Shown: positions 27,858-37,031 of the stretch, in pieces
Layout of the letters: every line of letters starts with the position of its first letter
Position numbering within the stretch: position 1 is the first letter of the stretch
DNA from: an uncultured bacterium
Lineage (GTDB): Bacteria > Patescibacteriota > Patescibacteriia > CAIQCM01
Assembly (NCBI GenBank): GCA_963708045.1
Contig: OY970181.1
Coordinates: 1,061,443-1,125,442 of the forward strand
Length of the DNA stretch: 64,000 nucleotides
Reading direction: 5' to 3'
The notes under the pieces: generated by a model
The model's input: only the letters and a program-made list of their open reading frames with translations
Database searches by the model: none
What the model was told of the DNA's origin: nothing
Made by a program: the position numbers and the translations under genes

Positions 27858-29654
27858 CTATGGCTGGCGGACAAACCCACCGGTCATTGACTTGCAAATC
27901 CCAGTGACCGCCAACCCCTGAACACCTTCCATTGAATTCTGCAACCAGCGGTCAGCAGTTGCAGGACCGACACCGACCAAGTTGAACACTTGGCCGATGT
28001 TCTGTATCGGCATCACCGGAATTTCGTAGCGAGCCAGGGCTCCCCACGTTGCCGTTGCACAGTAGCTACGACTTCCCCACGTTCCCAGCGCGTCACCCTC
28101 AAAACACACCTGCGTCGGTGTACCGAAAGCGCTGTTTATCCCCTGCCCCATCATATTGTCCGTGGTAAGACCTAGACCTGCGACGCCGTAAAGCGTGATG
28201 TAGACGCTGGATCCAACCAACTGACAATCCAGAGCTGCGACTGCGCCAGCCGGAACCGGTGAAGGTGCCGGGCGACCATCTGTCGTCGCGTCGTGTGACA
28301 CGATTGTGTCTGGACTTCCAGCGTCGGGAGTTGTTCCCGTACCAGTGGAAGTTGCCGTCGCGGTCAAAGTGACCGTTACGGCATCAGGCGTGCCGGCGTC
28401 CACGGTGGTCGCTGTACCCGTGCCAGTTCCCGTTCCGGTTCCGGTACTAGTCGGAGTTGACGTTGTCGTCGTCCCCGTACTTGTCGCCGTGACCGTTGCC
28501 GTCGCTGCTGTACCTGTTCCAGTTCCAGTCGCCGTGGACGTTCCCGATGGTTCACAAACCACCTTAAGAACCCCACCCACCAAACGACACACAAACCGTC
28601 CGTTATAGACTCCAGATGATGGCGAGCATTCCTCACCTTTCCTAACCAAATCCCCATCAAACTGACAGAGTGAGATTCCGGCGTCCACAGTGGTCGCCGT
28701 GCCTGTTCCGGTTCCGGTTGAAGTCGGAGTTGACGTTGTTGACGTCGTCCCCGTGCTCGTTGCCGTTACCGTTGCCGTCGCCGTGATACCTGTTCCCGTT
28801 CCTGTTCCTGTCGTCGTGTTTGTTGGAACGCTTGATGGTTCACATACCACCTTGAGGGTTCCACCAATCTGACGACACACATACCGACCGCTATCAACTC
28901 CCGGCGTTGGCGAACAAGTTTCACTCCTCCGAACCAAATCCCCATCCGCCAAACAGGTCGGAACAACAACTTCAATCCCCGTACCGGTGGAGGTTGCCGT
29001 AGCCGTGACGACTATTGCCGTTGCGATCGCGGTTCCCGTCGTGTTTACACCCGACGGTTCGCACTTCATCTGAAGACCAGACGAAGTCGTTCGGCAAACA
29101 AACCTTCCATTGTCCACTCCCGGCGTTGGCGAGCAGGAGACACCCCTACGAACCAACTCCCCCTCGGCCGTGCAGGGATTTTCAACAACCACGTTGATGA
29201 TGACCGTACTGTCTACGTTCGCTGCACTGTCGGCAGTCTGAACGATTCCGCCGTCAGTAGGACACCCTTTGCACTCACCCCAGACATTCTCCCTGGTGCA
29301 AGTCTTGACCCCAAGTCCACTACCATCACAGTCACACTGCAACGTAGTGTTCGTGGAGCACTGCAGCACGATGATCTGCGCGTCCAACTTGGGCGCGATG
29401 ATCACGGTGTCCGGCGTTGGCGCGGGTGCGTCAACGGTGACGATTGGCGCCGCATCAACGGGCGCATCAGGAACGGTGACGACGATTGGAGCTGTGTCAG
29501 CGGACTGAGTGCCCGTATCAACAGCGACCTTCACGTCACTGCGGCCGGCGTCGGCCTTGGTTGCGGGTTTATCACCCGCGATTTCAGCGCCGCAGCCGAT
29601 GGTCAGGAACAACGAAACGATTCCGAAACACGATACAAGACGATTGGACTTCAT
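27858..29654 (-). CDS. Thr/Gly-rich lipoprotein with three tandem ~45-aa Cys domains
   Basis: Revised start MKSNRLVSCFGIVSLFLTIGC (AGGAGG 5 nt upstream). Three copies of C..GDLVRR...CSPTPGVD.GR.VCR...G.LKVVCEPS. Long (TG)n/TGTGTATAT tracts. Confidence 0.65.
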   Translation of the reverse strand: MKSNRLVSCFGIVSLFLTIGCGAEIAGDKPATKADAGRSDVKVAVDTGTQSADTAPIVVTVPDAPVDAAPIVTVDAPAPTPDTVIIAPKLDAQIIVLQCSTNTTLQCDCDGSGLGVKTCTRENVWGECKGCPTDGGIVQTADSAANVDSTVIINVVVENPCTAEGELVRRGVSCSPTPGVDNGRFVCRTTSSGLQMKCEPSGVNTTGTAIATAIVVTATATSTGTGIEVVVPTCLADGDLVRRSETCSPTPGVDSGRYVCRQIGGTLKVVCEPSSVPTNTTTGTGTGTGITATATVTATSTGTTSTTSTPTSTGTGTGTATTVDAGISLCQFDGDLVRKGEECSPSSGVYNGRFVCRLVGGVLKVVCEPSGTSTATGTGTGTAATATVTATSTGTTTTSTPTSTGTGTGTGTGTATTVDAGTPDAVTVTLTATATSTGTGTTPDAGSPDTIVSHDATTDGRPAPSPVPAGAVAALDCQLVGSSVYITLYGVAGLGLTTDNMMGQGINSAFGTPTQVCFEGDALGTWGSRSYCATATWGALARYEIPVMPIQNIGQVFNLVGVGPATADRWLQNSMEGVQGLAVTGICKSMTGGFVRQP

Positions 29655-29857
29655 GACGATCCTCCTTGAAATGGTTGGGGTTGGCATACCGCCCCTTCTA
29701 TACAGATTGTGATCCACGGTATGCCAACCGCGGGAAATACGAGGCATCTTTTTATGCCCTTGGATAGAGTAAAACCCCCTCCAAACGCACAAAATTAGCT
29801 ATTTTTATAACTCACTAATCTATCACAAAATGACGGATTTGTCAACACCCCCCCGAA

Positions 29858-29889
29858 CTAGGGTTTAGGGGCTAGGGTTTAGGGGCTAG
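29858..29889. repeat. TTTAGGG-like tandem repeat (ctagggtttagggg x2)
   Basis: Direct tandem. A related tagggtctagggtctagggtttag lies at 1628-1651. Confidence 0.4.
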
Positions 29890-29996
29890 TTTTGAATTAA
29901 ATCTAGATATTTTTCTTATTCAAATTCAGTTATAAAAGAAAAGAGGCCTTCATACATTTCTGTATAAAGGCCCCCGCGATTCAAGATCCACTTCTC

Positions 29997-31250
29997 CTAC
30001 AACGGATTGAGGGAGAAAAAGAGCTTGAGGGTTTCGTCGTAGCCGCAGTTTCCACTGCGGACGAGCGCGGAGTTGTTACTCCAGCGCTCCTTGCCGTCCA
30101 CTGTCCTAACCCCAACGACAGTGATTCGGTTCTTTGCCGCCGGCATTGGCAGTCCTTGCCAAGTGTACGTCGTCCCGGCGATGTACGGTTTGCAGAGTGT
30201 CCGCAAGCCTTCCCACCCACCAAGCGGATCACCCACCAGGCACACCCGCGAAATGTCGCCGGTCTGATACAGATTTCCGAGAACGTCGCCGCTCACGGTA
30301 ACTGTACCAACATTCGCACTTGTCACCGTACAACTCACGTAAGCACTTCCACCGTTTGATGGCGGAAGTCCACCCGAGCATACGGTCCAACTCGGCACGC
30401 CATTATCCAGAACACACGTCTGCGTGCAACCAACATTGCCATTCGTACACTGACACGCAACTGTCCAATTGATAGGCGTCGTGCCGCACGTATTACAGCT
30501 GTTCGTGCAACTGCAACCACAGCTTGTGCTTGTTGCCGCCGTCGTGCCGCCAGTTGACGTTGAGTTGCCACCAGCGCCGCCGGTTGCCGGAGGATTTGAC
30601 ACCGCCGACCAAGTAAAGGGCGGAGTGCTCTGGTTCTGCACACAGGTCTGCGTGCAACGATTGGTGCCGTCCGAGCAGGTGACGTTTGAAAGTACCCTGC
30701 CCAAATGCGCCGCGTCACACACGAATGGATCAATGACTGATGTCATAGAACCACCCGTCGCCGTCGTGCCGCCAGTTGCCGTCGTTCCACCCGTGGCCGT
30801 ACTGCCACCCTTTGGCGGACAGATACAGTCACTTACCGGACCACCCACGCCCTCACACTTTTGCACACCACTCTTTTGACCGACATCTCCGGCGCAGAAG
30901 CACTGAATGGTTACGCCTTTTGCAGAACAATCGGTCAAGCCGCCGACCGGTGTGGTCGTCGTGGCCGTCGTGCCGCCGGTTGGTGTCGTGCCGCCCGCTG
31001 CCGTGGTCGTGGCGACCGATGAGCTTCCGCCTGTGGCCGGTGTCGTGGTGCTGGTCGCGGTCGTATTTCCGCCGGTCGGTGTTGAGGTTGAACTAGCCGT
31101 TGCCGATGAACCTCCTCCCGATCCAGCCGTTCCAGCATCAGCCGTCACAACTTTCTTGTTGACCGCTTCCTCGGCGCCGCAACCGGTGCCGACAATGACG
31201 GGGCCGCTGCCCAAGAGAACTGCGAGAACCAAATACCGATACGTGTTCAT
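29997..31250 (-). CDS. Thr/Gly/Cys-rich lipoprotein
   Basis: Revised start MNTYRYLVLAVLLGSGPVIVGTGC. T/G/A-rich linker, many Cys. C-terminal domain weakly similar to the C-terminus of the 27858 protein. Confidence 0.6.
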   Translation of the reverse strand: MNTYRYLVLAVLLGSGPVIVGTGCGAEEAVNKKVVTADAGTAGSGGGSSATASSTSTPTGGNTTATSTTTPATGGSSSVATTTAAGGTTPTGGTTATTTTPVGGLTDCSAKGVTIQCFCAGDVGQKSGVQKCEGVGGPVSDCICPPKGGSTATGGTTATGGTTATGGSMTSVIDPFVCDAAHLGRVLSNVTCSDGTNRCTQTCVQNQSTPPFTWSAVSNPPATGGAGGNSTSTGGTTAATSTSCGCSCTNSCNTCGTTPINWTVACQCTNGNVGCTQTCVLDNGVPSWTVCSGGLPPSNGGSAYVSCTVTSANVGTVTVSGDVLGNLYQTGDISRVCLVGDPLGGWEGLRTLCKPYIAGTTYTWQGLPMPAAKNRITVVGVRTVDGKERWSNNSALVRSGNCGYDETLKLFFSLNPL

Positions 31251-31472
31251 GATGGTACCCTCTTCTTTCTGGACTGTGTCTAGAATCATACCGCCACTAT
31301 GACGGTTTCTTGTCTAGCTGTTTGGTTGTTGGTTGACTGTTTTAGTTTGGATTTTTACAAGGTACGTATGCGCTGGCATTTTTTAATCCCAGAGCGTATG
31401 TATCTTGAAAATTGAGGCGAGGGATGGATAAGTGCGAACCACCTATCCATCCCTCCCTGACGACGTTGGAAT

Positions 31473-32903
31473 CTAGAAGATTCCGCGACCGTCTGCCCGT
31501 GCTCCCTTTGGAGCGGGCTTTTCGTCTTCGTATGGGTCTATATCTTCTTCATCATCTACCGATTCAGCAACAGCCGCTGACGTTGTCTTGACGTTGTTGT
31601 TGTTGTTGAAGAAGCTCGCGCCGATGAAGCCCATGGCTCCGTAAGCGCTTTCAGTGCTAGACCCGCCACTCTTTAGGTGACCTCCCACAAACACTTGCAC
31701 GCCGGGGATGAGCACTACTTTTCCAACACGGATTCGGAAGTCCACACCCGCCACTCCGCCGATTTCCGCGTGAAGGAACTTGAGTCCCTCCGTAATTCCG
31801 ATCGGGATGTACGCCACTCCGAACCGAAGTCCAGCATAGTCGTTCATCCAGTAGCGCAAGCCGCCTTCAACGAGTCCGGAAAAGTACTTCTTTTGTCCGT
31901 TCCCGTTCTCGTCAATGACGAGCTCACCGTTTGCGTCGGTCTTCCTCACGCCAGGAACGCCGATCCCCACTTGTGTGTAGAGATCAAAGTTCTGGGTGAG
32001 TTCAAATGCCCCACCGACTGCCAGAACTGCACCGGAATACTTGAAGCTATTAGACATCATCCCCAAGAACTTGAGCTCCAAGGTGAAATGCGCAACAACT
32101 CCACTCCGTCCGTCCCGACCATCTCTACCATCCTTTCCAACCACTGCAGCAACCGGCTTCACGACGACCGTGGGCTTTGGCACACATTGCCATTTGCCAT
32201 CTATCTGTCCCTCCATCATTCCCGCAACACCGGAACAGTCGCAGCGATCAGCTGGCAGATTTTGCCCTCTGGTGTTTTCGCAGACTGTCTTCGGAACAAT
32301 TGCCGGATCCCAACCCATCTTGGCCAAAACCGAAGGTTGATCAACGCCGCCAACAGTCACGGTTACGGTCACCGTACCCTCGCCACCCTTCTTGTCAAAG
32401 GCAGTGAGCTTTATTGCCTTCTGAGCAACGCCATCAGTGATGAAGTTGCTAAGAATCGCGGTGTCACGAATGGTTTTGCCTTCCGTCAAGCACCCGACAC
32501 AAGACTCGTGAACCATAATGTCCGGATACTTCTTCGCGCCCTTGCCAAGTTTCTGCTTGGCAATGCCGGTCACTCTGAGCTTGAGCTCAACGGTTTTCTC
32601 GTTCGCCACGTTTGACGTAAACTGCGGATCCAGTTGGATCATGATTTCCTCGGGCGGCGGGACAACGACTGGCGCTGCCTTTGGCGCGCGAGGTGCTCGG
32701 GGCTTCACGGCGCGACAAGTGTTCCCGTCTTCGCTGGCTTTAAACCCAGCCGGACATTGACAGTGCGGGCAACCGTTTGGTTGCCACTCCGCGCCGGTTG
32801 CCGATTCCCGACACCTTTGCGAATTGCTCTTTTCGGCACGAGCTGAAGAAACCATCCCCAAAATCACGAACAAAATCACGGACGATAGCGTTGTCTTCCT
32901 CAT
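31473..32903 (-). CDS. secreted Cys-rich protein with collagen-like GKDGRDGRDGRSG segment and beta-rich C-terminal domain
   Basis: Signal peptide MRKTTLSSVILFVILGMVSSARA. C-terminal ~200 aa show an alternating hydrophobic pattern consistent with beta strands. Confidence 0.55.
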   Translation of the reverse strand: MRKTTLSSVILFVILGMVSSARAEKSNSQRCRESATGAEWQPNGCPHCQCPAGFKASEDGNTCRAVKPRAPRAPKAAPVVVPPPEEIMIQLDPQFTSNVANEKTVELKLRVTGIAKQKLGKGAKKYPDIMVHESCVGCLTEGKTIRDTAILSNFITDGVAQKAIKLTAFDKKGGEGTVTVTVTVGGVDQPSVLAKMGWDPAIVPKTVCENTRGQNLPADRCDCSGVAGMMEGQIDGKWQCVPKPTVVVKPVAAVVGKDGRDGRDGRSGVVAHFTLELKFLGMMSNSFKYSGAVLAVGGAFELTQNFDLYTQVGIGVPGVRKTDANGELVIDENGNGQKKYFSGLVEGGLRYWMNDYAGLRFGVAYIPIGITEGLKFLHAEIGGVAGVDFRIRVGKVVLIPGVQVFVGGHLKSGGSSTESAYGAMGFIGASFFNNNNNVKTTSAAVAESVDDEEDIDPYEDEKPAPKGARADGRGIF

Positions 32904-33144
32904 CTTGGTACCCTCTCCTTCTTCTTTTCTCTTTTTGAAGTTGCTCAGCCGACGACGGCTGATTTTTTATTCAGCCGTTTCAGCTGCGAAGTGGCGCGAC
33001 AGGCGACACAGAGAAAAGGAGGGATTTCTAAGATCGTTTGTCACGCCGCTTCAAAGCTGAATTGATAATTTAATTTTCAAAGATTGGATCCGATCGGAAG
33101 AAAGGCAAGATGCACCTTTCTTCCGATCAGTTTTGCGTGCCAAA

Positions 33145-33774
33145 CTACTTTGGCTTGTAACACTTCCCGCAGGTGGGAAGATCGCCGGTGCCGCTACAGT
33201 CAACAATGCATTCGTCTTCGCACTCTTTAGACCCCGTACAACGGACCCCCGTCCAAACATTATCTTTCTTCGAGGCCGCGTCTTCGGTGTTCACCGTACA
33301 AGCTCCGCAGTTAAAAGCTGGTTCTTCGGCCAACCCTGATGTCTGACGATCTGAGTCGTCGGATTCGTCTTCTCCTTGCTCTTGAGTTGCTTGCTTCAGA
33401 GCAAAGTCTAATCTGCTTATTGCCTCTTCCAGCTTGGCAATATCAGCCTTGATTCCTTTCTTCCCAAGCAGGGCGTCCAGAATGTCGTCCTGTTTTTGAG
33501 CAGTCCTCAATCCAACTATCCCCACCGCGGCCAACGTCGTCGCTCCAATGAATAAGCCGACCATCAACAGGCCAAAAAAGTGGCGGACTGCGCTTTCTCC
33601 GACAACTTCTTCGTGGCCTTGTTGCGTCGCTGACACATTTTGTTGATATCTGGCCTTTCGCGCCACGAGCCACTCTTTGAACAGTCGCTTCAGAACGGTT
33701 GTCCAAAGAATGAGAAACATTGTGAGCAACACCAATCCGACCAAAATTTCTTTCCAGTACTTCAACATGAACAT
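33145..33774 (-). CDS. membrane-anchored protein with coiled-coil and Cys-rich C-terminus
   Basis: Two TM helices. C-terminus FNCGACTVNTED...CTGSKECEDECIVDCSGTGDLPTCGKCYKPK. Confidence 0.5.
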   Translation of the reverse strand: MFMLKYWKEILVGLVLLTMFLILWTTVLKRLFKEWLVARKARYQQNVSATQQGHEEVVGESAVRHFFGLLMVGLFIGATTLAAVGIVGLRTAQKQDDILDALLGKKGIKADIAKLEEAISRLDFALKQATQEQGEDESDDSDRQTSGLAEEPAFNCGACTVNTEDAASKKDNVWTGVRCTGSKECEDECIVDCSGTGDLPTCGKCYKPK

Positions 33775-34082
33775 GATATCCCTCCTTGCAAACGTTGTAC
33801 GAACGAAAAATTGTTATCTTAGACGACCAATGCCGTCTTGCGCGTTGGTTTCGGACACATTATCCGAGCAAGCGCTTGCCGCGTTGTTGGTTAAGCCATC
33901 AACAGCTTGGCAAATCCTTGCTTTACGCGCGTTTTTTTAATTTATTCTTAGCTAATTTAGACCAAAACAGAATAGAGCAACTTAGCATAAAATGTCTAAA
34001 GTGTCAAGATTAATTAAGCATCACGCTAAAAACAACAAAAAATACGGCTTTTTGCCGTATTTTATCTTCCTCTTCAAAACAA

Positions 34083-34730
34083 TTATACAAAACTCGGTGG
34101 ATGTTCAACCAAATATTTGCGCGACTTGTCGGTAAGGAGAACGTAGGCAATGCTCAAAAATATACCAACGACAAAACCGATAAAGCCATTCGCAAGTACG
34201 TTGGGCTTAACCGGAAAACGCGAGACCAGCGGCGCGTCAACAAGTTTGATTTGCAAACCCGAGCCGCCAACGTAATTACTTCCGTAAGTGGTCATTACGT
34301 AGGCAATCGCATTGGCAATTTCCGTGGCCTGATCTTTGTCAGTGTGATAAACGGTGATGTTGAGCAAGCCCGAGCCTTGTTCCACGCGCACCGAAACCAT
34401 CTGATTCCACTTTTTGCGACGGCGCGCATCGTCGGTTGGAAAGTATGACGAGTCAATATTATATTTTGACGAGAGCACGCGATTATAAAAATCGGTCGTG
34501 TAAACAATCTGCGCCAAATTTCCACCAACGCTTGCCGAAGCACGAATGGCAGTGTAAGGATCGTAATTAAGCGCCGCCGGCTGAATGATAAGCAGGCGAA
34601 TAGAAGAAGAATACTGGAGCGGCTCAACAAACGATATCCCGCAAGCCAAAACCAAAAGCACGGCGGAAATAACGGTGATCAATTTCCACTTTTTTAAAAT
34701 TATTTTTCCGTAATGCGGGTTGGCCGACAT
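34083..34730 (-). CDS. Wzz-like polysaccharide chain-length determinant (bitopic)
   Basis: N- and C-terminal TM helices flank a periplasmic domain. Resembles short Wzz/CapA N-terminal proteins. Confidence 0.5.
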   Translation of the reverse strand: MSANPHYGKIILKKWKLITVISAVLLVLACGISFVEPLQYSSSIRLLIIQPAALNYDPYTAIRASASVGGNLAQIVYTTDFYNRVLSSKYNIDSSYFPTDDARRRKKWNQMVSVRVEQGSGLLNITVYHTDKDQATEIANAIAYVMTTYGSNYVGGSGLQIKLVDAPLVSRFPVKPNVLANGFIGFVVGIFLSIAYVLLTDKSRKYLVEHPPSFV

Positions 34731-34731
34731 A

Positions 34732-35811
34732 TTATTTTAGCGTTACCGATAATTTGATTTGTTTGCCCGCGCGCATTACCGAGAGTTCAACTTTGGCGCC
34801 CGAAGCATATTCCGCGACCACTTCGGAAAGCGGCGCGTCTTTAGTTATTCTATCACGTTCAACCGCCAGAATCACGTCGCCATCACGAAGGCCGCCAAGC
34901 TCAGCCGCACTTCCAACATTAACGGCTTTGATTTTACCAAGGCCAATAAGTAATGCACCCTCCGACGGAAAACCAGCGGACGGCAAGGCCTTAACATCAG
35001 CAACCGAAACATAGTGAACGCCAAGCGTCGGCCTGATTATTTTTTTGCCCAGAAAAACATCTTTCATCGCTTCGGTAAAATACGCCGCCGGTACGGCGCT
35101 GTTTTCGCTAGTGGCAACGGCGACAATTTTTCCCGAAGCGTCAATAACCGGCGCCCCCAACCCAAGGCCGACGCCCGCGAGAATCAGCCGCCGTGAAAAC
35201 TTTTCCGAAGATTCAATTAGGTCAGCACGCGTCGTTACTGGTGTTTCGCGAACGGCAAAAACCGAAAAAACATTTAACCCGCCGCTTTTTGGCGCGTAAA
35301 CGTTTTCTCCAGGGAGCAACGTTGTATCATCGCCAAACGGCGCAACATTTAAGTGGTCCGATTCAACGCGAACAAAAGCAAGACCGGTCGCCTCGTCTTT
35401 AATCGCCTTTCCCGCCGGCACGGTTATGGAAACTCCGTCAGCAAAAACGGCAACCAACTGATCGCGTCCCAAAAGAACATCCGCACTGCTCGCGATCCAA
35501 CCGTCGGAAGTAAGAACGACGCCTTCGCCAACAATGTCAGTCGGAAGAAAAGCACCATCAATTCTGCTTCCAGAATGATAACGGTAAAAAACTACCGAAC
35601 CGCGAACCGCCGAAGAAACCGCGTCCATATTTGCGACCGAACCAGCTCGGGAAACAGCTGGCGGGCGCATTTCGTTGGTCAAAATAATTTCCGAAACGTT
35701 GGTCGCTGACCTAATCGCCAAGGCCGCGCCAAGCGCACCCGAAGCCAACGAAAGTCCGATCACAACCAAAAGATTTATAATTTTTGTCCAAATTTTTTTA
35801 TCCATATTCAT
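34732..35811 (-). CDS. trypsin-like (HtrA-family) peptidase homologue with C-terminal PDZ, possibly catalytically inactive
   Basis: N-terminal TM. Protease-fold region where the expected GxSGGP is GLGLGAPV (no Ser). Clear PDZ (GALLIGL...GLRDGDVILAV). Confidence 0.6.
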   Translation of the reverse strand: MNMDKKIWTKIINLLVVIGLSLASGALGAALAIRSATNVSEIILTNEMRPPAVSRAGSVANMDAVSSAVRGSVVFYRYHSGSRIDGAFLPTDIVGEGVVLTSDGWIASSADVLLGRDQLVAVFADGVSITVPAGKAIKDEATGLAFVRVESDHLNVAPFGDDTTLLPGENVYAPKSGGLNVFSVFAVRETPVTTRADLIESSEKFSRRLILAGVGLGLGAPVIDASGKIVAVATSENSAVPAAYFTEAMKDVFLGKKIIRPTLGVHYVSVADVKALPSAGFPSEGALLIGLGKIKAVNVGSAAELGGLRDGDVILAVERDRITKDAPLSEVVAEYASGAKVELSVMRAGKQIKLSVTLK

Positions 35812-35885
35812 TAAGCTGTTAACTGTTAACTTTTAACTGTTAGGAAAAACCTAAAAGTTAAAAGTTAAAAGTTAAAAGTTTTTTA
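35812..35885. repeat. (TTAAAAG)n inverted-repeat hairpin element, locus B
   Basis: ttaactgttaacttttaactgttag..ctaaaagttaaaagttaaaagttaaaag-T6, same family as 19945-20030. Confidence 0.5.
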
Positions 35886-36617
35886 ACGCCAGCGCGCTGT
35901 TGCCGTTAGTAAAATTACGGCCGCGGCGGCGGTTAATGCCGAACGCTTTAGTTCGCGCGAAGCGGCGTTTCTGGTAATTCCAATTAATGTATAAGCAATC
36001 GCCGCAAGCAGTCCCGCGCTTACCCAATAAGAAAAAGGAAACAGGTAGATTATAAGATAACTTTCAGCGATGACAACGGCAAAAGCGGCGGCCGCAGGAA
36101 GCGATGGTGCTGGCGAAAGCGTGAAAAGAACAAAGGCGAGAATAACGGAAATTCCGGCAAAAATCAAGAAGGATGAATATTGATTAAAATTAAGAAAAAC
36201 CGTCGCCGCAAACAAGCCAGCACTCGTAAAAAAGATTATAAGGAGCACGCTCCACTCGGAAATAGCGCGAAGTAGGTCGGTGTAATAATTTCTCGCCACC
36301 GCGAACGGCAACTGCTTGATAAGCACAAAAAATAAAAATGAGGCCAACAAAGAAACCGCCAAACGCAAAGAAATTTCTTCAACAAAAAGCATTGCAAAAA
36401 AAGAGCTGGTCGCGAGCAGCGCCGGCAAAACCTCGGGGGCAACTGGTTCGCGCTTTTTAAATGCGAAGACTATAAGCACACCGCTCGTTGCTATAGAAAG
36501 CGCGATGATGCCAAAAAAACTCCACTGAAGCATTGTTGGATAAAACGCCGCCAAAAGCAGCATCGCAAAAAATGCAAGCGAGGCGAAATACGCGATTATT
36601 TTTCTAAAAAATTTCAT
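35883..36617 (-). CDS. polytopic membrane protein, hypothetical
   Basis: 244 aa, ~7 TM helices. Confidence 0.45.
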   Translation of the reverse strand: MKFFRKIIAYFASLAFFAMLLLAAFYPTMLQWSFFGIIALSIATSGVLIVFAFKKREPVAPEVLPALLATSSFFAMLFVEEISLRLAVSLLASFLFFVLIKQLPFAVARNYYTDLLRAISEWSVLLIIFFTSAGLFAATVFLNFNQYSSFLIFAGISVILAFVLFTLSPAPSLPAAAAFAVVIAESYLIIYLFPFSYWVSAGLLAAIAYTLIGITRNAASRELKRSALTAAAAVILLTATARWR

Positions 36618-36621
36618 TGGT

Positions 36622-37026
36622 TTAAAAAGGCCGAACAGCCTTAAGCCACTCGTTCTTATCAGCTAAAGCAATCAACTTATTATATATTTTATCTGACCCC
36701 TTTCCCGACTTAAGAGCCTCGCTATAAGAAGTAAGCTTGGTAACCAAAGCAAAATGGGTTTCTTTTTCTTCGGCCGGAACCACAAGTTCAAGCAAATGAT
36801 CGCGAATAGCCTTGACCGACACTAAATCATCTTTTTTAAAAGACGAAAAAGCGGCAAGCACAGCAATGCGATAGTCAGCATCTGTTAAAACCATTCGTGA
36901 TGGCTTAACCACAACATTTGATGATCCATTCTTAACCACCAAGGTTCGCAAGACAAAAAATCCTCCAGACAAAACAGCGATCGCGAGTCCAACAAAAACA
37001 ATCTTGCGAATATTTTTTTGAAGCAT
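36622..37026 (-). CDS. membrane-anchored hypothetical protein
   Basis: 134 aa, single N-terminal TM. Confidence 0.4.
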   Translation of the reverse strand: MLQKNIRKIVFVGLAIAVLSGGFFVLRTLVVKNGSSNVVVKPSRMVLTDADYRIAVLAAFSSFKKDDLVSVKAIRDHLLELVVPAEEKETHFALVTKLTSYSEALKSGKGSDKIYNKLIALADKNEWLKAVRPF

Positions 37027-37031
37027 AATGC

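Noticed and set aside
25686-31302. Many plus-strand ORFs (for example 25686-26141, 26300-27037, 30469-31302) inside the lipoprotein island
   Set aside because: They lie antisense to long, well-supported minus-strand genes. They are Pro/Ala/Val-rich artefacts of GC-rich, repeat-coding DNA.
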